Part shown: positions 57,167-64,000 of the stretch, piece by piece
Numbering within the stretch: the stretch's first letter is position 1
Layout: every line of letters starts with the position of its first letter
Assembly: GCA_963704725.1 (NCBI GenBank)
Contig: OY969934.1
Coordinates: 384,001 to 448,000, forward strand
Direction of reading: 5' to 3'
DNA length: 64,000 bases
Source of the DNA: an uncultured Actinomycetes bacterium
GTDB lineage: Bacteria > Actinomycetota > UBA4738 > HRBIN12
Notes under the pieces: model-generated
Seen by the model: only the letters and a program-made list of their open reading frames with translations
What the model was told of the DNA's origin: nothing
Database searches by the model: none
Program-made: the position numbers and the translations under genes

Positions 57167-58573
57167 ATGTCTCGACCCGCAACGATCCGGGAGCTCCGGG
57201 CCTCCGGCTACCCCGACCGCACGGTCAAGGAGGAGCTCCGGGCCAACCTGCTCGACCGGCTGGGGCGCGGCGAGCCGCTCTTCCCGGCGATCGTCGGGTT
57301 CGACGACTCGGTGCTGCCGACGCTCGAGCGCGGGATCCTCGCCGGGCACGACCTGATCATGCTCGGCGAGCGGGGCCAGGCGAAGACCCGGCTGATCCGC
57401 CGGATCGTGGACCTGCTCGACGAGGAGACGCCGGCGATCGCCGGCTGCGAGGTGAGCGACCATCCGTTCCGGCCGATCTGCGCCCGGTGCCGGGCGCTGG
57501 TGCAGGACGACGCCGACGCCGTCCCCATCCGATGGGTGGCGCGCGAGGACCGGTACGCCGAGAAGCTGGCCACGCCGGACACGAGCGTGGCCGATCTGAT
57601 CGGCGACGTCGACCCGATCCGCGTGGCCGAGGGCCGGTACCTCGGCGACGAGCTCACCATCCACTACGGTCTGATCCCCCGGACCAACCGCGGCATCGTC
57701 GCGGTGAACGAGCTCCCCGACCTTCCCGAGCGGATCCAGGTCGCGCTGTTCAACATCCTCGAGGAGCGCGACGTCCAGATCCGCGGGTACCGGATCCGGC
57801 TGCCGCTCGACCTGCTGCTGGTCGCGACGGCCAACCCCGACGACTACACGCATCGAGGTCGCATCGTGAGCCCCCTGAAGGACCGCTTCGGCACACAGGT
57901 CCGGACGCACTATCCGCAGACCCTGGCCGACGAGATCCGGATCATGGAGCAGGAGGCACGCCCGCCCGCGGGCGACGTCCCGCTGCGAGTGCCGCTGTAC
58001 ATGAAGGAGGTGCTCGCGGCGCTCACGGCCGAGCTCCGGCGCTCCCCGCACGTGAACCACCGCAGCGGCGTGAGCGTTCGCTACTCGATCGGGAACCTCG
58101 AGACGCTCGCCGCGGCGGCGGTGCGGCGCGCGGCGCGGACGGCCGAGCCCGAGGCCGTGCCGCGCGTGTGCGATCTGCCCGCGGTGCTCGACGCGAGCCT
58201 CGGCCGGATCGAGTTCGACACGATCGAGGAGGGCCGGGAGGAGGAGATCCTGTCGCGCGCGCTCAAGACCGCCGAGCTCGAGATCTTCCGCCGCCGTCTC
58301 TCGGGCTTCGACTTCCAGCCGATCCTGACCAAGTTCGAGCAGGGGTTCGCGGCGGAGACCTCCGACCTCACGCCTGCCGATGCCATGCTCGCCCAGTTCG
58401 GCGAGCTCCCGGGCCTGTCGCGGCTCCTGGAGCGGCTGGGCGTCGAGGAGGAGAGCCCGGGCGTGGCGGCATCCGCGCTCGAGTTCGCGCTCGACGGGCT
58501 GCACCTGTCGCGGCGCCTCAACAAGGACGGCACCGGCCGCATCGGCGGGTACCGCTACCTCTCGCCCGGATAG
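57167..58573 (+). CDS. Mg-chelatase-like AAA+ ATPase
   Basis: GERGQAKTR, EKLATPD, NELPDL, LKDRFG. Confidence 0.85.
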   Translation: MSRPATIRELRASGYPDRTVKEELRANLLDRLGRGEPLFPAIVGFDDSVLPTLERGILAGHDLIMLGERGQAKTRLIRRIVDLLDEETPAIAGCEVSDHPFRPICARCRALVQDDADAVPIRWVAREDRYAEKLATPDTSVADLIGDVDPIRVAEGRYLGDELTIHYGLIPRTNRGIVAVNELPDLPERIQVALFNILEERDVQIRGYRIRLPLDLLLVATANPDDYTHRGRIVSPLKDRFGTQVRTHYPQTLADEIRIMEQEARPPAGDVPLRVPLYMKEVLAALTAELRRSPHVNHRSGVSVRYSIGNLETLAAAAVRRAARTAEPEAVPRVCDLPAVLDASLGRIEFDTIEEGREEEILSRALKTAELEIFRRRLSGFDFQPILTKFEQGFAAETSDLTPADAMLAQFGELPGLSRLLERLGVEEESPGVAASALEFALDGLHLSRRLNKDGTGRIGGYRYLSPG

Positions 58574-58620
58574 CCGGGCGCAACGGTTCGAGCCCCGCGA
58601 ACCCGTAGGATGCCGCCGCC

Positions 58621-58992
58621 GTGACCGAGCTCCACCACTACGTCGGCTATTCCGTGGTCGGGGTCTTCTCGATCGGATGGCTGTTCGGCCTGGTGCTGTG
58701 GCTCTCCAAGCGCGGGGCCGGGGATTGGTTCTGGCGCTGGCTGGTCGCGGCGCAGGTCATCGCGATCGGGCAGGCCCTGGTGGGCGTCGTGCTGCTGCTC
58801 CTCGGCGAGCGCCCGCCGACCGCGCTGCACTACGTCTACGGGTTCGGGCCGATCGTGATCCTCGCCATCGCCCACGGGCTCGCCCGGGACGCGAACTTCC
58901 GCCGGAACCCCTGGGTGCCGTTCGCGATGGCGTCGTTCATCTGCTTCGGCCTCACGCTCCGGGCATTGATGACCGGCCTCGGCACCGGCTGA
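58621..58992 (+). CDS. Hypothetical membrane protein
   Basis: About four transmembrane segments, LHYVYG motif; host-like codon usage. Confidence 0.7.
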   Translation: MTELHHYVGYSVVGVFSIGWLFGLVLWLSKRGAGDWFWRWLVAAQVIAIGQALVGVVLLLLGERPPTALHYVYGFGPIVILAIAHGLARDANFRRNPWVPFAMASFICFGLTLRALMTGLGTG

Positions 58993-59028
58993 GCTCGCGA
59001 CGGCCGCGGCGAGGGCTACCCTCTCGGG

Positions 59029-59511
59029 ATGGACGAGGACGCCGAGATCCTCGGGCGGGTCCTGCTCAGGCTCGACCCGTGGGCGTTCTGGACCGTCGAG
59101 CTCGAGCCGGGAGCGGGTGCGTCCTTCGCGGTGCTTGGCGTGACCGGGTCATTCGTCGTCGCAGCCTGCCCCCTCGAGGGCTATCTCGTATCCGAGGGAC
59201 GGAAGCTGCTCGTCGACGGCCGGGCGGTGGGCGGCATCCGGGAGGTGAAGCGCGCCGCGAGAAGGCTGAAGGGCAAGCTGCTCGGGTCGGGCGCGGGAAC
59301 GGCCGAGGTCACGCCACTCATCGTGCTCACGCGTGCCGTCGCGGGAGCGCCGAAGGAACGCGGGGGCGTTCGGGTCCTTCGCCCCGAGGACGTGGTGCCC
59401 ACGATCACGTCGCGAGAGCGAGTCATCGACCCGAGCACGGCCGAGCGCCTGGCGCGCCGGCTCGGGCGAGTGCTCGTCGGCCCCGTGTGGCGCCCCGCCG
59501 AGGACGAGTAG
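59029..59511 (+). CDS. Hypothetical protein (degenerate NERD-like)
   Basis: Clean ORF between co-directional genes; weak NERD-like pattern lacking clear catalytic residues. Confidence 0.55.
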   Translation: MDEDAEILGRVLLRLDPWAFWTVELEPGAGASFAVLGVTGSFVVAACPLEGYLVSEGRKLLVDGRAVGGIREVKRAARRLKGKLLGSGAGTAEVTPLIVLTRAVAGAPKERGGVRVLRPEDVVPTITSRERVIDPSTAERLARRLGRVLVGPVWRPAEDE

Positions 59512-59547
59512 CCGGCCTTCCGCCGGGTCCGGCGTAGGCTGGTCGCC

Positions 59548-61476
59548 GTGCGGTTCCGGTACTCGCGATGGGACGACTCCCAGGACCCGTTCGGCCCGGA
59601 CGTGCCGGCCGCGGAGGTCCTCGAGGAGCTCTCGGACGACATCTTGTCGGGCGGTGGGGCCGAGGGCGCGCTCTCGCGGCTGATGCGTCGGGGCATGCAG
59701 GGGCGGTTCAACGGCCTCGACGCGCTCCGGGCGCGCCTGGGCGAGCGGCGGGCTCGCGAGCAGGCCGAGCTCAACCTGCAGGGCCCGCTCGAGGAGATCC
59801 GCGAGGCGCTGGAGGAGGTCGTCGAGAAGGAGCGGACGACCCTGTCGTTCGAGCCCGACGAGGACGCGAGGATGCGGGAGGCGCTGCTCGACACGCTCCC
59901 CCCCGACGTCCCCGGTCAGATCAACGAGCTCACCGGGTATCGGTTCCGCGACTCGGACGCCCAGCAGATGTTCGACGAGCTGGTGGAGCGGCTCCGCGAG
60001 CAGGTGATGGGCGCGTACTTCCGCACCATGGCCCAGGGCATGCAAGGCCTCTCCGCCGAGCAGCTCCAGCGCTTCCGCGACATGCTCGCCGAGCTGAACG
60101 ACATGATCGAGCGGCGTGAGCGCGGCGAGCCCTACGACTTCGACGGGTTCATGGAGCGCTTCGGCGGCCTCTTCCCGGAGAACCCCCGGACGCTCGACGA
60201 GCTGCTCGAGCAGATGGCCAGGCGCATGGCGGCGATGTCGCGACTGCTCGCGTCGATGTCGCCGGAGCAGCGGGCCGAGCTCCAGGCGCTCGCCGAGCAG
60301 GTGATGCAGGACATGGACCTGGCGTTCGAGGTCGACCGGCTCGGAGCCAACCTCGCCTCGGCGTTCCCCGAGATGCCGTGGAACGAGCCCACCCTCGCGG
60401 CCGGGGACGAGGCGATGCCGCTGTCGGCCACGGTCGACGCGATGGAGCGGCTCCACGACTACGAGGACCTCGACCGGTCGCTCCGCGGCGAGTACGCGGG
60501 GGCCTCGGTCGACGACGTGGACGAGGAGGCGCTCCGCCGAACGCTCGGCGAGGAGTCGGTGCGCGACCTCCGTCGGCTGAAGCAGATCGAGCGCGCGTTG
60601 GAGGAGGCCGGGCTCGTGTCGCGGCGGGAGGGGCGGCTTGAGGTGACCCCGAAGGGCGCGCGCAAGCTCGGGGAGCGGGCGCTCGTCCGCGTGTTCGAGC
60701 AGCTCCGCCGGGACCGCGAGGGGACGCACGAGACGCACGACGTCGGCGGCCTGGCCGAGCCCACCGGCGCCACCCGCCCCTGGCACTTCGGCGACTCGGG
60801 ACAGATCGCGGTGCAGCGTACGGTCTTCAACGCGGTGCTCCGCGGCGGGCCCGGGGAGCCCGTCCGGCTCGTGCCAGACGACTTCGAGCTCGTCGAGGCC
60901 GAACAGCGCACCGAGGCCGCCACGGCACTGCTCCTGGACCTGTCGTTCTCGATGCCGCTGCGCGGGCACTTCGTCCACGCCAAGAAGATGGCGCTCGCGC
61001 TCCACGCGCTCATCGAGGGGCGGTATCCCCACGACAAGCTCTACATGATCGGGTTCAGCGACTACGCCCGGCTGATGCAGCCCCAGGACCTCACGGCCGC
61101 CGGGTGGGAGCGCGTCTACGGCACGAACATGCAGCACGCCTTCAACCTTGCGGGCCGGCTGCTGTCGCAGCATCCGAGGGCGACGCGCCAGGTCATCATG
61201 GTGACCGACGGTGAGCCCACGGCGCATCTCGAGGGCGAGGAGGCCTTCTTCTCGTGGCCGCCGGTCCCGAAGACGATCCGTCTCACGCTCGCCGAGGCCA
61301 TGCGCCTGGCCAAATCCGGCGTGACCCTGAACGTGTTCATGCTCGAGGACTCGCCCGGCCTCATCCGGTTCATGGAACGCCTGGCCGAGCTCACCGCGGG
61401 CCGGATCTTCTTGATGGACGACCGCCAGATCGGCGAGTTCATCGTGCGCGACTACGTCGCCCGCCGCGAGCGGTAG
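59548..61476 (+). CDS. VWA domain protein (partner of the AAA ATPase)
   Basis: RYSRWD N-terminus; MIDAS DLSFS, GTN, TDGEPT. Confidence 0.88.
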   Translation: MRFRYSRWDDSQDPFGPDVPAAEVLEELSDDILSGGGAEGALSRLMRRGMQGRFNGLDALRARLGERRAREQAELNLQGPLEEIREALEEVVEKERTTLSFEPDEDARMREALLDTLPPDVPGQINELTGYRFRDSDAQQMFDELVERLREQVMGAYFRTMAQGMQGLSAEQLQRFRDMLAELNDMIERRERGEPYDFDGFMERFGGLFPENPRTLDELLEQMARRMAAMSRLLASMSPEQRAELQALAEQVMQDMDLAFEVDRLGANLASAFPEMPWNEPTLAAGDEAMPLSATVDAMERLHDYEDLDRSLRGEYAGASVDDVDEEALRRTLGEESVRDLRRLKQIERALEEAGLVSRREGRLEVTPKGARKLGERALVRVFEQLRRDREGTHETHDVGGLAEPTGATRPWHFGDSGQIAVQRTVFNAVLRGGPGEPVRLVPDDFELVEAEQRTEAATALLLDLSFSMPLRGHFVHAKKMALALHALIEGRYPHDKLYMIGFSDYARLMQPQDLTAAGWERVYGTNMQHAFNLAGRLLSQHPRATRQVIMVTDGEPTAHLEGEEAFFSWPPVPKTIRLTLAEAMRLAKSGVTLNVFMLEDSPGLIRFMERLAELTAGRIFLMDDRQIGEFIVRDYVARRER

Positions 61477-61542
61477 GCCGCTGTGGGAGGATCGCCCTTC
61501 GAAGGAGGGTACGCTCGCGCAGGCGAACGACCCCTGCTCGAT

Positions 61543-61923
61543 CTACGCCTCGCGCAGCTTCCAGAAGCTGTCCTTGCGGACGATCTTGCCGTCATCTCCG
61601 ATCGTCCAGAGGTCGCACCCTCGAACTTCGATCCGATTCCCGCCGAGGTCGGTGCCAGTAATGGTCCACTCGGAGACGCCGCGGGGGCCGCACGCGAAGT
61701 GATCGGCTTCGCCGTAGTGGACGTCGGGAATGCCCTCGAAGCGGGCTAGGAGTCCACTGCGGACCTCCGCCTTCCCAACGAACCGACGCCCCCAGGGGTC
61801 GGGGCCTCGGGGAGAATCGAACACGCAATTGTCGGCGAAGTTCGTCATGATCGCATCGACGTCGTGCTTGTTGAACTCATCCAGGACTCGGTGAAGCATC
61901 TGGATGGTGCGCTCGGTTGACAC
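61543..61923 (-). CDS. SnoaL-like / NTF2 family protein
   Basis: FNKHDVDAIM, RF.GIPDVHY, SEWT..GT, RKDSFWK; GAGGAGG SD. Confidence 0.85.
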   Translation of the reverse strand: MSTERTIQMLHRVLDEFNKHDVDAIMTNFADNCVFDSPRGPDPWGRRFVGKAEVRSGLLARFEGIPDVHYGEADHFACGPRGVSEWTITGTDLGGNRIEVRGCDLWTIGDDGKIVRKDSFWKLREA

Positions 61924-62112
61924 GACTGACCTCCTCACAGGGCGGCTCAACTCGGTGGACGATCGTTATCCCAAGTCGTGGCGAGACTCAAGCGCAATCC
62001 CGGCTCCGGGACCACGAGCCAATCGTGGCACAACCATGGACGTGATCCATGCTTCTGGGCGGCGGAACGACGGCGCCCGATGAGCGTCTTCGAGCTGAGC
62101 TAGATTCCCTCT

Positions 62113-62210
62113 GTGCATGACGACGGACTTTTCGACGAGCATGCCGCGGCGAGGTACGACGAGTCGTCTGCGGGGATGTTCGAAGCGTCGGTCGTCGACC
62201 CGGCGGTCTT
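62113..62210 (+). pseudogene. N-terminal remnant of a SAM methyltransferase
   Basis: DGLFDEHAAARYDESSAGMFEASVVDPAV resembles the N-terminus of the family seen at 24869-25615; the similarity stops before motif I. Confidence 0.45.
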
Positions 62211-62274
62211 GCGGCATCCGTTTCGACCGGTCCACGTGGTCGGAGCGGCGCCTCAGGGCGGTACGATCGGGTTC

Positions 62275-62720
62275 GTGGCAGATCGACCCGGGCCCGACGA
62301 CCGAACAGCGCTCAACGTCGTCGACGAGAGCCGGGACTACGTGCTCGCGCTCAGGGACGACGGTTGGGGGGTGTGGGGGAAACGCGAGCCCTCCGCCAAG
62401 CCGCTGGTGCTCTTCTCACCGGACGACGAGGGATTCGATCTCGGGGCCGACTCTTCAAGCGGGCGAAGCGATCGGCGCGACGGATCCCCTGGTTCGACGT
62501 CCTCAAGTGGTCCGCAGTCGTCTCGGGCTGCGTGTAGATCCTCGCCACGATCCTCCTGCATCTGCGTCAGTACATCCTGGAGAACCCGTTCGGGGGCTTC
62601 GACGGCAGCCAGCTGCTCTATCGGTGGAGCGCGGCCCTGAGCCAGATCGCTTCTCCAGTCTTCCTCGTCTCCGTCGGCATGTACCTGCTCCTGTGGATCG
62701 GTGAACGCCGAACCACATAG
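62275..62720 (+). pseudogene. Degraded membrane protein gene (frameshift ~62450, in-frame TAG 62535)
   Basis: Coding-like sequence continues across the lesions to hydrophobic ...ASPVFLVSVGMYLLLWIGERRTT*. Confidence 0.4.
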
Positions 62721-62769
62721 AAAGGCAGCTCGCGTTCCTCTGAAAGAACCACGTTCTCGCGGCCGACGT

Positions 62770-63147
62770 TCAGGCGCCGGCCGGGAGCGGCTTGAGCACG
62801 CAGAACTCGTTGCCCTCGGGGTCGGCCATGACGACCCAGCTCACGTCGGCGGGCTGACCGATGTCGACCCGGGTGGCTCCGAGCTCGGTCAGCCTGCGGA
62901 CCTGCGCGTCCTGGTCCGCCGGCCGGAGATCGAAGTGGAGTCGGTTCTTCGCGATCTTCCGGTCGGGGACCTTCACGAACAGGATGTCGGGCGCCACGTC
63001 GACGGCGGGGCTCCCCTCGGGAGGCTCGATGACCCACTCCGACTCGCTCTCGTATGTGATCCGCCAGCCGAGCGCCTGCGACCAGAAGCGCGCGAGGCGC
63101 TCGCAATCGTCGGCGTCGACCACGACGCACTGGATCCGGATGTCCAC
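62770..63147 (-). CDS. VOC / glyoxalase family protein
   Basis: LARFWSQALGW, KNRLHFDL, WVVMADPEGNEFC. Confidence 0.9.
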   Translation of the reverse strand: MDIRIQCVVVDADDCERLARFWSQALGWRITYESESEWVIEPPEGSPAVDVAPDILFVKVPDRKIAKNRLHFDLRPADQDAQVRRLTELGATRVDIGQPADVSWVVMADPEGNEFCVLKPLPAGA

Positions 63148-63175
63148 CGGGCGACGGTACCAAGGGCTCGCCGGC

Positions 63176-63997
63176 TCAGGCCGAGCCCGGCCACCGCATC
63201 GTGACGATGCGCTGGCTCGTCGGCCCGGCGGACCATAGGCCTCGGCGCTCCGCCAGGCGGTCGCCGAGGGCCTGCGCGATCTCCTCGTCCCGGTCGGGCG
63301 GCAGGCACAGCCGGCGACGGACCAGGGCGATCGCGTCCCTGCGGCTCTCGAAGCCGCCCGAGCGGGGCTCGGCGTCACGGTCCTCGCGCTCGACGGCCAG
63401 GCCGATCTCGCGAAGCGCGGTCTCCGCGTCGTCGGCGGTGGGGCCCGTGGGCCGTTCGAGCTCGTGGAACTCCCGCCACAGGTCGGCCATCCACGCGAGG
63501 GGATGCGATGCCGTGATCTCGACGACGACCCGGCTCCCGGCGTGGTCGGTCAACGCCATCGCGAACGGTTCCAGCGCCTGCACGTTGTAGAGCACGTGGC
63601 CACAGACGACGACGTCGGCGGGCGGCACTCCGGGCGCGACGTCGGGCCAGGTCCCGGCCACGGCGACGCCGTCGATGCCCGCGTTCGCCGCCGCGGTCCG
63701 GAACGACGCGAGCATGCCGTCCGATCCGTCCACACCCGTGATGCGTGAGGCTCGCGTCGCCAGCGGGAGCGACGTGGCACCGCCGCCGGCGCCGACGTCG
63801 AGCACCGTGCCACCCTTCGGCAGGGCCTCGAGGGCGCGCTCGACGAGGACCGAGGGTCCACGCTCGATCGCTGCCTCGGCGCGGCGCCGGAAGAGCTCGG
63901 GCGGAAGGCCCCACGGCGACTCGGGGGCGGCCGCGAGGATCTCGTCGGGGATCGCCCACGCCTCGAGCGCCTCGCGCCACCGATCCGTCGCGGTCAC
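63176..63997 (-). CDS. Class I SAM-dependent methyltransferase
   Basis: WAIPDEIL..APESPW; VLDVGAGGG; HVLYNV. Confidence 0.82.
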   Translation of the reverse strand: MTATDRWREALEAWAIPDEILAAAPESPWGLPPELFRRRAEAAIERGPSVLVERALEALPKGGTVLDVGAGGGATSLPLATRASRITGVDGSDGMLASFRTAAANAGIDGVAVAGTWPDVAPGVPPADVVVCGHVLYNVQALEPFAMALTDHAGSRVVVEITASHPLAWMADLWREFHELERPTGPTADDAETALREIGLAVEREDRDAEPRSGGFESRRDAIALVRRRLCLPPDRDEEIAQALGDRLAERRGLWSAGPTSQRIVTMRWPGSA

Positions 63998-64000
63998 GGG

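Overview
High-GC actinobacterial chromosomal segment. Most of it is core genome: the tRNA-Pro / metallophosphoesterase / YqeY / class A PBP / WhiB / RidA / NUDIX / MBL / Crp neighbourhood, selA-selB, a stand-alone nuoD-like gene, adnAB, uvrD2 and an AAA-VWA pair. There are two accessory regions. (1) At 1.9-6.3 kb, an RHS toxin-immunity remnant is broken by two IS3-family elements. (2) At 40.6-50.3 kb lies the main finding: two unannotated paralogous 27-aa signal-peptide-like genes that both end in AGGAHIRF, two paralogous membrane HisKA_3 sensor kinases, a DUF5317-like membrane protein with an LspA-like Asp pair, and a divergent SARP/BTAD regulator with 11-bp-periodic repeats in front of one peptide gene. 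This arrangement suggests an undescribed peptide-signalling (quorum-sensing-like) system. All family assignments come from motif recognition by eye; no searches were run. Several single-base frameshifts may be sequencing errors.
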